From Fibrobacteria bacterium (lineage in GTDB: Bacteria; Fibrobacterota; Fibrobacteria; UBA11236), in NCBI GenBank assembly GCA_041746255.1, contig JBGTHM010000081.1, positions 1-64,000 on the forward strand: 64,000 bases of DNA. Reading direction: 5' to 3'. A model generated the notes under the pieces. The model made no database searches. It was not told where the DNA came from and saw only the letters and a program-made list of their open reading frames with translations. Made by a program: the position numbers and the translations under genes. Of this stretch, positions 48,937-58,672 are shown piece after piece (the stretch's first letter is position 1; each line of letters opens with the position of its first letter).

Positions 48937-49899
48937 ATGGGAGCTTCCATAACCGGCGTTGGAGTCTATCTCCCCGAACAGGTGGTGACCAACGCCGATC
49001 TCGAAAAGCGCGTCGACACCACCGATGAGTGGATCGTTTCCCGAACCGGCATCAAGGAAAGGCGTATCCTGCCGCCCGAATCCGGCATGGTGGCTTCCGA
49101 CATGGGAGCCGCCGCTGCCCGCAGCGCTCTGGAAAAAGCCGGCATCTCCGCGCTGGAAGTGGACGCCATCATTGTTGGCGGCATCAATCCCGATAAACAG
49201 TTTCCCGCCACCGCCTGTTACATCCAGGCGAAAATCGGAGCCGTCAACGCTTTCGCCTATGACTTGACCGCCGCCTGCGCCGGCTTCGTTTTCGGGCTCA
49301 ATATGGCGGGCTTGCTCATCGATTCCGGACAATGCCGTAACGTGCTGGTTATCGGGGCCGAGTTGTTGTCTCCCGTGGTGGATTGGACCGATCGCAATAC
49401 CTGTATCCTATTCGGCGACGCGGCCGGCGCGGTAGTCGTCAGCGCCACTCCGGAGTCCGATCGCGGCATCCTCCGTAGTTTTCTCAAAAGCGACGGCACC
49501 CAGGCGGGAGTTCTCTTTCTCGATTCGCTGGTGTTGCAGCCGCAAGGCGGGCAGCATATCCATATGGACGGCAAGCAGGTATTCAAGCTGGCGGTCAGCG
49601 AAGTTTCCGCCATAGTGAACCGGGCGGTTACCGAGAGCGGATTCCGCATTGAAGATTTGGATTTACTTATCCTGCATCAGGCCAACCGCAGGATCCTGTC
49701 GGCCATCGGGGAGAAGCTTGGGCTTCCCTCCGAAAAAGTTTTCGTCAACGTACATAAATTCGGCAATACCTCATCGGCGTCCATTCCCCTGGCATTGAAC
49801 GATGCTCTGCAGGAAGGGCGTATCCGGCGCGGCTCCCTGGTCGCGCTGGCCGCGGTCGGTGGCGGCATGTCATGGGGTTGTAATATCGTGCGCTGGTGA
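48937..49899 (+). CDS. fabH: 3-oxoacyl-ACP synthase III
   Basis: EWI.SRTGI.ERR, AACAGF, FGDAAGA, HQAN.RI and GNTSSAS. Confidence 0.95.
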   Translation: MGASITGVGVYLPEQVVTNADLEKRVDTTDEWIVSRTGIKERRILPPESGMVASDMGAAAARSALEKAGISALEVDAIIVGGINPDKQFPATACYIQAKIGAVNAFAYDLTAACAGFVFGLNMAGLLIDSGQCRNVLVIGAELLSPVVDWTDRNTCILFGDAAGAVVVSATPESDRGILRSFLKSDGTQAGVLFLDSLVLQPQGGQHIHMDGKQVFKLAVSEVSAIVNRAVTESGFRIEDLDLLILHQANRRILSAIGEKLGLPSEKVFVNVHKFGNTSSASIPLALNDALQEGRIRRGSLVALAAVGGGMSWGCNIVRW

Positions 49900-49948
49900 T
49901 CTCCCCCAAGGGAGAATCGCGGACCCGGCACGGGAAAGGTCCAGAAAC

Positions 49949-50875
49949 TTGAGTTCCAAAATCCTGCTATTCCCTGGGCAAGGCTCGCAATATGTGGGTA
50001 TGGGCCGCTCGCTCGCCGACAACCATGCGCCCTCGGCGGAATTATTACAAAGAGCCGCCCGCGTTCTGGGTTATGATATCGGTGATCTGCTATTCAACGG
50101 ACCCGAAGAGCGGTTGAAGCAAACCCAATTCACCCAGCCGGCGCTTTTCACGGTTTCCATGATGGCTTTCGGCGCGTTGAAGGAAAGGGGCCTGGGCTTC
50201 GACTTTGCCGCCGGCCATTCGCTGGGCGAATACTCAGCGCTGTGTGCGGCCGGGGTTTTCGATTTCGAAGCCGGCTTGAAGCTGGTCAAACTGCGCGGCG
50301 AATTGATGGGCCAGGCCGGAGAACGCAGGCCCGGAGCCATGGCGGCTATTCTTGGACTCGAAGCGGAAAAGCTGCACGGGGTTTTGGCCGAGGCATCGGC
50401 TACCGGCGTGGTGGTCGCAGCCAATTTCAACAGCCTCAGCCAAATCGTGATTTCCGGAGAATCGGCGGCGGTGGAAACTGCCGGTCGTCTCGCTTCGGTG
50501 GCGGGGGCCAAAAAGGTGGTGCCGCTTCCAGTCAGTGGCGCCTTCCATTCGCCTTTGATGGATTATGCGATGGACGGCCTGCGCCTGGGTTTGGAGCAAA
50601 CTCCTTTCGCCAATGCCGAGGTTCCCGTGCTTTCCAATGTGGAGGCGCGCCCGGAAAAGGAAGGAGCCCGGCTCAAAGAGTTGCTGCTGCGGCAAATGGT
50701 GTCGCCCGTTCGCTGGGTGGAATGCATCCGCGCGGCCATGCAATTGGGCTGTAACGAAGGCCTGGAAGTGGGCGCGGGTAAGGTGCTGATGGGTCTGAGC
50801 CGCGGCATTTCCCGCGACTTTAAAGTGACCCCCATAGAAACCTGGGAAGAAGTGGAAAAGGAGTTTCAGGCATGA
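49949..50875 (+). CDS. fabD: Malonyl-CoA:ACP transacylase
   Basis: FPGQGSQ, TQPAL, GHSLGEY, VSGAFHS and PVRW. Start placed at TTG 49949. Confidence 0.93.
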   Translation: MSSKILLFPGQGSQYVGMGRSLADNHAPSAELLQRAARVLGYDIGDLLFNGPEERLKQTQFTQPALFTVSMMAFGALKERGLGFDFAAGHSLGEYSALCAAGVFDFEAGLKLVKLRGELMGQAGERRPGAMAAILGLEAEKLHGVLAEASATGVVVAANFNSLSQIVISGESAAVETAGRLASVAGAKKVVPLPVSGAFHSPLMDYAMDGLRLGLEQTPFANAEVPVLSNVEARPEKEGARLKELLLRQMVSPVRWVECIRAAMQLGCNEGLEVGAGKVLMGLSRGISRDFKVTPIETWEEVEKEFQA

Positions 50876-51609
50876 GAGGACAAACCGCCATTATCACCGG
50901 CGCGAGTCGGGGGCTGGGCTTGGCCATTGCCGAGGATTTAGCGCGCCAAGGCGTCAATTTGCATTTGCTGGCCCGCAATCAAGAGGCCCTGGAGAGCGCT
51001 GCCGACCGCTTGCGTTCCGAGTCCGACGTAAAAACCTATGCCTGGAGTCTGGACGTATCGGATGCGGAACAGGTGCAGAAAACCATGGGGGAGATTCTCG
51101 CGGCAACTCCGACGGTGGAAATACTCGTCAATAATGCCGGAATTACCCGCGACGGCTTACTGATGCGCATGAAAGACGGCGATTTCGACGATGTCATGCA
51201 TATCAACCTGCGTCCGGTTTTCCTGTTTACGCGCGCCCTGCTCCGCCCCATGCTCAAGCAAAAATACGGCCGCATCATCAACATGTCGTCCATCGTGGGC
51301 GTCAAAGGCCAGGCCGGGCAAGCCAATTATGCCGCCTCGAAAGCCGGTATTATCGGGTTTACCAAGAGCTGCGCGCGCGAAGTAGCCAGTCGTGGCATCA
51401 CCTGTAATGCGGTGGCTCCCGGCTTCATCGATTCGGATATGACCCGGGCTTTGAGCGAGGAGCAGCGCACGGGTATTCTTAAGGAAATTCCCATGGGACG
51501 GATGGGAAAGGCCGAAGAAGTGGCGACCCTGGTCCGTTTCTTGGCGGGTCCCGAATCCGGTTACATTTCCGGTCAGGTGCTGTCTATTGACGGCGGCATG
51601 GGAATATAG
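50872..51609 (+). CDS. fabG: 3-oxoacyl-ACP reductase
   Basis: TGASRGLG, NNAGITRD, NYAASKAG and VAPGFI. Confidence 0.95.
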   Translation: MRGQTAIITGASRGLGLAIAEDLARQGVNLHLLARNQEALESAADRLRSESDVKTYAWSLDVSDAEQVQKTMGEILAATPTVEILVNNAGITRDGLLMRMKDGDFDDVMHINLRPVFLFTRALLRPMLKQKYGRIINMSSIVGVKGQAGQANYAASKAGIIGFTKSCAREVASRGITCNAVAPGFIDSDMTRALSEEQRTGILKEIPMGRMGKAEEVATLVRFLAGPESGYISGQVLSIDGGMGI

Positions 51610-51706
51610 GACCTTCCGTGCCGAAAACGCCCTTTCCTCCCGTCGTTGAGTTTGTGATTTAACCTTTTTATCTATATTTTAACCCACCAAACAAGGAGCC
51701 TTTCAA

Positions 51707-51943
51707 ATGTCCGAAGATATTCATCAGAAAATCACCAAGGTAATCGTAGAGAAACTGGGGGTCAGTGAAGACCAGGTCAAGGCCGAAGCCAGCTTTATCG
51801 ATGATTTGGGCGCCGATTCTCTGGACCAGGTGGAATTGGTCATGGCCTTGGAAGACGAATTCGACATCGAAATTCCGGACGAAGAAGCTGAGAAGCTCAA
51901 AAAGGTTTCCGACGTTTTCAGCTACGTCACCTCGAAATCCTGA
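51707..51943 (+). CDS. acpP: Acyl carrier protein
   Basis: DLGADSLD phosphopantetheine site, with RBS AAGGAG. Confidence 0.97.
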   Translation: MSEDIHQKITKVIVEKLGVSEDQVKAEASFIDDLGADSLDQVELVMALEDEFDIEIPDEEAEKLKKVSDVFSYVTSKS

Positions 51944-52000
51944 TAGCCCATTGCCGGCGCCGGAGCGCTCTTTCACGGGTCATCCGGCGTAGCGATTCGC

Positions 52001-52813
52001 ATGATTTTTAAATTCCTGGAAAAAATCCTGCCGAATCGGATTTCCGGTTCCACTCATTCCGAGTTGGAAAAAACCCTTGGATACCGCTTCCAAAATCCCT
52101 CGCACCTGACCATGGCCTTGTCCCACCGTTCCTATGTGAACAGTGTGAGGTCCCAACCCCGACCCGAATCTTTTGAGCGCCTCGAATTTCTGGGGGACTC
52201 CGTGCTCAATTTCATCGTAACCGATTATCTCTACCGCGAATATCCGGAAAACGAAGAAGGCCGCATGTCGAAGATGAAATCGCTGGTGGTCAGCTCCAGG
52301 GTATTGAGTCTTTGCGCCGAGCAATGGAATCTGGGGGAGCATATTCTCCTGAGTCGCTCAGAGGAGAAATCGGGAGGTCGTACCCGACCCAGCATTCTAG
52401 CCGATGCTTATGAAGCCGTCGTGGGGGCCGCTTATTTGGACGGCGGTATTCCTGCGGCCACCCGGCTGGTCTACAACTCGCTGATGCGGATTTTGGACGA
52501 GGTGCTGGTCGATGAGGATTTGGTGAATTATAAGAGCAAATTGCTGGAATATACCCAGGCTTGCGGAATGGGCGCGCCCAGCTATGAAGTACTGGAGGAA
52601 TCGGGTCCCGAGCACCGCAAGATTTTTTCCATTGGCGTTTTCGCCCAAGGCAGGGAATGGGGCAAGGGCGAGGGCAATTCCAAAAAAAGCGCGGAGCAAG
52701 CCGCCGCGCGACTCGCGCTTTCCCACCTGAAGCAGAGACGCAAAAATCCAGTTGACCACGAATCCAAATCCTCGGCTACCGATAGCCGGGATGGCGAGTC
52801 CGAGCGCAATTAG
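52001..52813 (+). CDS. rnc: Ribonuclease III
   Basis: ERLEFLGDSVL, ADAYEA..GA.YLD and a dsRBD (GPEH...G.G.SKK.AEQ.AA). Confidence 0.95.
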   Translation: MIFKFLEKILPNRISGSTHSELEKTLGYRFQNPSHLTMALSHRSYVNSVRSQPRPESFERLEFLGDSVLNFIVTDYLYREYPENEEGRMSKMKSLVVSSRVLSLCAEQWNLGEHILLSRSEEKSGGRTRPSILADAYEAVVGAAYLDGGIPAATRLVYNSLMRILDEVLVDEDLVNYKSKLLEYTQACGMGAPSYEVLEESGPEHRKIFSIGVFAQGREWGKGEGNSKKSAEQAAARLALSHLKQRRKNPVDHESKSSATDSRDGESERN

Positions 52814-53660
52814 CGTGAACTGGCGTTTCATCGACAGTGGTATCCGCTCGGGCGCTTACAACATGGCCCTGGACGAAGCCATATTCCGGGAAGTCCAGTC
52901 CGGCAACTCTCCACCCACCCTTCGTACCTACGGTTGGAATCCCGGCTGCGTCAGTTTGGGGCATCATCAAAATCCCGAGCGTGAAATCGATTTCGATGCC
53001 CTGGCCCGGCGGGGATGGGGTTGGGTAGTCCGTTTGACCGGAGGCCGGGCCGTTTTACACCTGGAGGAATTTACCTACGCGGTGATCGCCCGCAACGATT
53101 CCGCGCCCTGGGCCGCAAACCAGGCGGCTTCCTACGACGCCATCTCCAGGGCCCTGCTGGCGGCGCTTCCCGAAGCGGGACTGGAATTGAGCCGGGAGCG
53201 CGCCTACCCGATAGAGAAGCCTCAAGGTACCGAAAGCGGAGACGCCATGAGCCCCTGTTTTACCACGGCTGCCCGCTCCGAAATTACTTGGGAACAAAAA
53301 AAAGTGGTGGGTTCGGCGCAACGCCGGACACGCGAAGGTTTTCTCCAGCATGGCTCGATACCTTTAACCGGCAAGCATGGCGAATTGGTGGAGGTTTTAC
53401 GGCTCTCCCCGGCCTACGCTCGGCGCTATACCGAATTGCTGGAGAAGAGCGCTGTACCACTGGACCGGATAGCGGGAAGGCAAGTACATTGGGAAGAGGT
53501 GAATAAGGGATTTATGGAAAAAATGGCGGCTGCCTTGGGAATCCAAGGGGAGCCGGGTGAACTCACGGAAGTCGAAACCGAACTGTGCGCCGAATTGGAA
53601 TCCGCCAAGCGGGAGCACCGGCCATTCGCATCCGCTATCGTCAACAGAACGCCATGCTGA
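52791..53660 (+). CDS. Lipoate-protein ligase / octanoyltransferase (LipM/LplA-like)
   Basis: NMALDEA, LR.Y.W....SLG..Q, R.TGGRAVLH, CF, KVVGSAQRR and LQHGSI. The start is uncertain (52752, 52791 or 52815). Confidence 0.85.
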   Translation: MASPSAISVNWRFIDSGIRSGAYNMALDEAIFREVQSGNSPPTLRTYGWNPGCVSLGHHQNPEREIDFDALARRGWGWVVRLTGGRAVLHLEEFTYAVIARNDSAPWAANQAASYDAISRALLAALPEAGLELSRERAYPIEKPQGTESGDAMSPCFTTAARSEITWEQKKVVGSAQRRTREGFLQHGSIPLTGKHGELVEVLRLSPAYARRYTELLEKSAVPLDRIAGRQVHWEEVNKGFMEKMAAALGIQGEPGELTEVETELCAELESAKREHRPFASAIVNRTPC

Positions 53661-54652
53661 CTATCGAGAACCTTTCCATTTCCTTTCGCATCGGCGAGGC
53701 CTTTGTTCCGGTAACGCGCGGAGTTTCTTTGCGGCTGGAAAAAGGGCGTACCCTGGGCATTGTGGGCGAATCGGGAAGCGGAAAATCGGTGACCATGCTG
53801 GCAGCCATGGGATTGCTTCCCAAAGTCTCCAGCCGTGTTGAAGCCGACACGCTGCAATTCGAAGACAAAAACCTGCTCGCCCTGTCCGAAAGCCAGTGGC
53901 GAAAAGTGCGGGGCAAGGAAATCGCCATGGTTTTCCAGGATCCCATGACCAGCCTCAATCCGTTAATGCGTTGCGGCGAACAGATAAGCGAATCTTTGCG
54001 GTTGCACCAGGGAAAATCGCGTTCGGCAGCGCGTACCCTGGCGGTGGAATTGTTGGAGCGCATGGATATACCCAATCCCTCCGACCGCTATTCCAATTAT
54101 CCCTTCGAACTTTCCGGGGGCATGCGCCAGCGGGTGATGATCGCCGTGGCCTTGGCTTGCAAGCCAAAATTATTGATAGCGGACGAACCGACCACGGCGC
54201 TGGATGTGACGGTGCAAGCCCAGATTCTCAAAATCATCCGCGATTTACAAAACGATTTCGGCATGTCTTTGATCCTGATTACGCATGATTTGGGTGTGGT
54301 GCAAGACATGGTCGATGAGCTTGCCGTACTCTATGCGGGTGGGGTGGTGGAAAAAGGCGTCACCCGCGAGATTATGCGAAGACCTTCCCATCCCTATACG
54401 CAAGGGCTCATCGACTCCATTCCCAGTTTGGAAAAAAGAGTGAGTCGCCTGCATTCCATTGAAGGCGTTGTGCCGGCGCCTACGGAAATAGTCGCGGGAT
54501 GCCGCTTCCATCCCCGTTGCCATTTCGTGGAACCGGTGTGCCACAGCCGCGTTCCGGAACTGGTCGGTAAGACTTCCCAGCAATCGGCCTGCCTCCGACG
54601 CGAAGAGTTTCTCGCTCGCATTCCGTCGGTCTCGCCTTCGCCATCCCTTTAA
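53654..54652 (+). CDS. oppD: Oligopeptide/dipeptide ABC transporter ATP-binding subunit (OppD/DppD-like)
   Basis: [39 protein letters not shown] and GCRFHPRC. Confidence 0.9.
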   Translation: MLTIENLSISFRIGEAFVPVTRGVSLRLEKGRTLGIVGESGSGKSVTMLAAMGLLPKVSSRVEADTLQFEDKNLLALSESQWRKVRGKEIAMVFQDPMTSLNPLMRCGEQISESLRLHQGKSRSAARTLAVELLERMDIPNPSDRYSNYPFELSGGMRQRVMIAVALACKPKLLIADEPTTALDVTVQAQILKIIRDLQNDFGMSLILITHDLGVVQDMVDELAVLYAGGVVEKGVTREIMRRPSHPYTQGLIDSIPSLEKRVSRLHSIEGVVPAPTEIVAGCRFHPRCHFVEPVCHSRVPELVGKTSQQSACLRREEFLARIPSVSPSPSL

Positions 54653-54805
54653 AATACGCCAAAGGTGAGTCTCCAGCCGGTCTTTTCCCCAATGGGGGCG
54701 CGGATTGCTTCCGGTTGCCAGTCTCAGGGGAAAAAAGCAAATTCCCTTGTTTATGATATTTGAAATCATTCCCTGAATGAAACCAACAGTGAGTTAAGGC
54801 ATTCC

Positions 54806-55942
54806 ATGGTTACCGAAACGAAAACGCAAAAATCCGCCCAGCAAAAAACCCTCGAGGCGATTCTTACCCGCGGAGATATCCGTGTCGGCGGAGACCGGCC
54901 TTGGGATATTCGCATCCATAATCCAGGCTTGTACGCCAGAGTGCTGGGCAAGGGTTCGGTGGGTTTGGGCGAGGCGTATATGGAGGGATGGTGGGATTGC
55001 GAGGCTCTCGACGAATTCTTCGTGCGCGTCTTGGAGGCGCGTCGGGGTTTTCAGCCCAAGCTGAGCCTGGAGCTCATTTCTTTCGCGGTCAAAGCCAAAT
55101 TGACCAACCGCCAAACTCCCGCCCTGTCCATGAATGAAGGGAAGAGCCATTACGAAATCGGCAACGACTTGTATAAACGGATGTTGGATAAGCGCATGAT
55201 GTATTCTTGCGCATATTGGAGGGAGGCAAATACTCTCGACGAGGCCCAGGAAGCCAAGCTCGATCTCATCTGCCGTAAATTACGGCTTGAGCCAGGGATG
55301 CGCATACTGGATATCGGCTGCGGCTGGGGAGGCTTCGCCCGCTTCGCTGCGGAACGCTACGGGGTGCATGTGGTAGGGATTACGGTAGCCGAGAACCAGT
55401 TGGAGCTCGCCCGGGAGAATTGCCGGGGTTTGTCCGTAGAACTTCGTCTCCAAGACTATCGGAATTTGAACGAGCAATTCGATCACGTGGTTTCCATCGG
55501 CATGTTCGAGCATGTGGGCCCCAAAAATTATCGCGAGTATTTTCAAGTAGCGCGTCGCTGTCTCAAAGACAGAGGGCTATTCCTGCTGCATACCATTGGC
55601 GAAAACCGGACGGAAATCAAGATGGACGCCTGGATGGACAAGTATATCTTCCCCAATGCCAAACTTCCGTCCATAGCCGAAATCGGAACGGCCATCGAAA
55701 ATCTCTTCGTGATGGAAGATTGGCATAATCTCAGCACCGATTATGAACGCACCTTGCTGGCTTGGCTGGACAATTTCCAACGGCACTGGCCCGATCTCTC
55801 CGGAAAATACGACGAGGTTTTCCGCCGCATGTGGCGCTATTATCTGCTGATGTGCGCCGGCGGTTTCCGGGCGCGTAAAACCCAGCTCTGGCAAATCGTG
55901 CTGGCTAAAAATCCCAAGACCCAATACCTGTCGCTGCGATAA
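54806..55942 (+). CDS. cfa: Cyclopropane-fatty-acyl-phospholipid synthase
   Basis: LGEAYMEGWW, HYEIGNDLY, YSCAYW, LDIGCGWG, SIGMFEHVG, KYIFP and RMW.YYL..C. Confidence 0.93.
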   Translation: MVTETKTQKSAQQKTLEAILTRGDIRVGGDRPWDIRIHNPGLYARVLGKGSVGLGEAYMEGWWDCEALDEFFVRVLEARRGFQPKLSLELISFAVKAKLTNRQTPALSMNEGKSHYEIGNDLYKRMLDKRMMYSCAYWREANTLDEAQEAKLDLICRKLRLEPGMRILDIGCGWGGFARFAAERYGVHVVGITVAENQLELARENCRGLSVELRLQDYRNLNEQFDHVVSIGMFEHVGPKNYREYFQVARRCLKDRGLFLLHTIGENRTEIKMDAWMDKYIFPNAKLPSIAEIGTAIENLFVMEDWHNLSTDYERTLLAWLDNFQRHWPDLSGKYDEVFRRMWRYYLLMCAGGFRARKTQLWQIVLAKNPKTQYLSLR

Positions 55943-55946
55943 AACC

Positions 55947-55984
55947 CGCCCGAAAAAGCGGGCAGAGCTTTCCTTTTCCGGGCG
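55947..55984 (+). terminator. Hairpin(s) downstream of cfa
   Basis: A short stem GCCCG/CGGGC (55948-55963) followed by T-rich sequence, or a longer alternative stem CGCCCGAAAAAG/CTTTTCCGGGCG. Confidence 0.4.
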
Positions 55985-55989
55985 CAAGA

Positions 55990-56005
55990 CCTTATTTAAA
56001 TAAGG
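55990..56005. promoter_or_regulatory. Perfect 16-bp palindrome, candidate operator
   Basis: CCTTATTTAAATAAGG, an AT-rich site in GC-rich DNA about 70 nt upstream of the FAD/Rieske gene. Confidence 0.35.
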
Positions 56006-56076
56006 GGCTGTGTTCCGGAGGTGAATCCTCCGCAAGCGCAGCTTCCGTGCAAACTCAAGGCGGAAGGGGGGGGCGT

Positions 56077-57597
56077 ATGCATGAGGGATCCATCTGGCGG
56101 CAAACCGCGGAAACTAAACGTTATGGACGATTAACGGGAAACCACGAAGCCGATATCGCCATTGTGGGAGCCGGTATTACCGGTCTAACCCTGGCGCATG
56201 AGTTGTCGCGTTCCGGTTTAAGGGTGGTGGTTTTGGAAGCCGGAACCGTGGGCTGCGGAGCCACGGGCCACTCGAGCTGTCACCTCACCACCCAAATCGG
56301 TTTCTCCTATCGCAATCTGGCGAAAAAATTCGGTAACGACTGCGCAGCGAAGGTGGCCGACTCCCGCCAGCGGGGGATAGCCTACATCGAGGAAAAAGCC
56401 CAGCAGGGAATCTCTTGCGATTTCCAGCGGGTACCGGGCTATCTCTATGCCGAAAAGGCTGCGAAGGAGGAAGAATTGGTAAAAGAAGCGGAGGCCGCCG
56501 CACAGGCGGGACTCGCCGTGACCTTGGAGAAAAAGGCGGTATTACCCTTCGCCCAGGCGAAATCGATTCGTTTCGAAAACCAGGCCGTATTCAACAGCCA
56601 ATCCTATCTCTTGGGAATGGCCCGCGGCTTGGAAGCAACGCGTTGCGCCCTGTACGAAAAAAGCCGCGTGGTGGATATCCAAGAGGATGGAAAGCGGGTC
56701 ATTACGGAATCCGGTTCAGTTAAAGTGGATAAAACCGTGATGGCTACGCATTTACCTCCCTTCCTGAATTTACTGCAAACCCTGGCGGCGCCCTACCGAA
56801 GTTATGTGTTAGGGGTTACTCTTAAAAAAAATTATCCCGCGCATGCGTTATACTGGGATAATGAAGATCCGTATCACTACACGCGGCTTTACGAAAAGTC
56901 GGGCCGCAAGTGGTTGATTGTCGGCGGGTCCGATCATAAAACGGGCCACACCCCCACCGAGCCGGATCCTTTTGCAGACTTGGAAAATTACGTCTATGCC
57001 CGCTATCCCGTTGCTTCGGTGGATTTCCGATGGTCCGCCCAATTTTATGAACCGGCCGACGGTCTGCCTTATATCGGCTTGTCCCCTTTTGAAAACCTTT
57101 ACGTGGCCACGGGCTTTTCGGGAGATGGCCTGGTCTATGGTACTCTGGCGGGCATGCTCTTGGCCGACAGGATACAGAACCGCGACAACGATTGGTCGGA
57201 AGTCTATAACGCCCGCCGTATCACTCCGCGGGCTTCGGGAGCCCATTTCGTGCGTGAAAATGCGGATGTCGCCAAACACTTATTGTGGGATAGAATTCGC
57301 GGCGCGCGGGAACTCGAAGAGATTGAACCCGGCCAGGGTGCGGTGGTTGAAGTGGAGGGTAAACGTCTGGCCGTTTCCTCCGAAGCGGAAGGAGATTGGG
57401 CGGCGATTTCACCCATCTGCCCGCATATGGGGTGCGTTTTGCAATGGAACGGATCCGAAAAAACCTGGGATTGTCCCTGTCATGGAAGTCGATTTCACCG
57501 AAAAGGTGAATTATTGGAGGGACCCGCCACGTCCTCGCTCCCCGATAAAACCGAATCGGTCCTCAAAAATTTACGGAATCTCGCAAAAACGCCCTGA
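56077..57597 (+). CDS. FAD-dependent oxidoreductase with a C-terminal Rieske 2Fe-2S domain (YhfW-like)
   Basis: IVGAGITG, DGLPYIG and ATGF.G.G, with Rieske CPHMGC...WDCPCHGSRF. Confidence 0.9.
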   Translation: MHEGSIWRQTAETKRYGRLTGNHEADIAIVGAGITGLTLAHELSRSGLRVVVLEAGTVGCGATGHSSCHLTTQIGFSYRNLAKKFGNDCAAKVADSRQRGIAYIEEKAQQGISCDFQRVPGYLYAEKAAKEEELVKEAEAAAQAGLAVTLEKKAVLPFAQAKSIRFENQAVFNSQSYLLGMARGLEATRCALYEKSRVVDIQEDGKRVITESGSVKVDKTVMATHLPPFLNLLQTLAAPYRSYVLGVTLKKNYPAHALYWDNEDPYHYTRLYEKSGRKWLIVGGSDHKTGHTPTEPDPFADLENYVYARYPVASVDFRWSAQFYEPADGLPYIGLSPFENLYVATGFSGDGLVYGTLAGMLLADRIQNRDNDWSEVYNARRITPRASGAHFVRENADVAKHLLWDRIRGARELEEIEPGQGAVVEVEGKRLAVSSEAEGDWAAISPICPHMGCVLQWNGSEKTWDCPCHGSRFHRKGELLEGPATSSLPDKTESVLKNLRNLAKTP

Positions 57598-57636
57598 TTA
57601 TTGCATACGGTTGCGGATGGATATATTTTGGGGAAC

Positions 57637-58500
57637 ATGTTCGGGCTCCCCTCCACCTGCTTCCGTATTCCCGCTTTCGGTTATTTGCTCCTACTCTGCC
57701 TTGTGAGTAGGGGTTATTCCCAAGACACCATGGACCGCGTGGTTCTCGGTGATAATCTGGTGATCCCTGCCGGCGAAACCGTGACGGAGGCGGTGGTCAT
57801 CGGCGGTAACCTCGCCGTTTACGGAAAGGTTTTGGGAGACGCGGTAGTCGTAGGCGGAAACCTGGTGCTGGGATCGATAGCCGAGGTGGGAGGCAATGCC
57901 GTTGCCGTAGGGGGTCGCATTACCCGGGAAAACGGCGCGCAGGTTGCCGGCAGCGTTACCCAGGTGACCGTTCCGGGGATCTCCACCCTCTTACAGGCTA
58001 TTCCCAGGCAGGGCCGGGATCTCTTCATGTGGCCGGTGCGCATTTTCACCTTCATCGGTTTTCTCGCCCTGGGCTTGCTCATTGTAGCGGTTTTACCGAC
58101 ACCGGTGAACAGATTGGCGGTCGTCATCTACGCCAACCCTCTGCCTAGCTTACTCTGGGGCTTATTGGGAACGGTGCTTATTGTTCCCGTTACCCTCATT
58201 TTGATTATTTCCCTGGTGGGAATCCTGTTGATTCCGCTCCTGTTCGTACTGATTGGTTTGGCCGCCCTTATCGGCTATATCGCGGCCGGGCGTGAAATAG
58301 GCCGACGCATTTCCGAAGCCACAGGAAAAATCGACACCTCCATCTTTTTGGATACCGCCGTAGGTCTGGTGCTCCTGTGGTTGGTGGGCTGGGTTCCCCT
58401 TCTCGGCTTTGTGATAAAAACCGTGGTAGGCTTGGCCGGATTCGGTGCCGTGTTGATTTCTCTTCCTCTGCTGCGGAAGCAACCCGCTTCGCTTTCGTGA
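57637..58500 (+). CDS. Membrane protein with an N-terminal beta-helix (bactofilin-like) repeat region
   Basis: Signal-like N-terminus, repeated (V)GDAVVVGG.L / GGNAVAVGG.I units, then several TM helices. The start is uncertain. Confidence 0.65.
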   Translation: MFGLPSTCFRIPAFGYLLLLCLVSRGYSQDTMDRVVLGDNLVIPAGETVTEAVVIGGNLAVYGKVLGDAVVVGGNLVLGSIAEVGGNAVAVGGRITRENGAQVAGSVTQVTVPGISTLLQAIPRQGRDLFMWPVRIFTFIGFLALGLLIVAVLPTPVNRLAVVIYANPLPSLLWGLLGTVLIVPVTLILIISLVGILLIPLLFVLIGLAALIGYIAAGREIGRRISEATGKIDTSIFLDTAVGLVLLWLVGWVPLLGFVIKTVVGLAGFGAVLISLPLLRKQPASLS

Positions 58501-58672
58501 AGCTTAATTCTGCCCGATAGGTGGCTAGGTTTCCCTACTCCTCAGAGAACGTTTAATTGACGGATCTGTCGTTTTCGGTCCACTCAAGGCTGGATATTGG
58601 CATACATTAGGCATTTATAGGCGATCGACTCGTATTAACCCAAGAAAAAATCCCAGGAAATATAAGGTCGGT

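Noticed and set aside
54724..54776. Nested short inverted repeats upstream of cfa (TCAGGG/CCCTGA and ATGAT-N7-ATCAT)
   Set aside because: The arms are short and the spacing does not match FNR/CRP boxes, so they could be chance.
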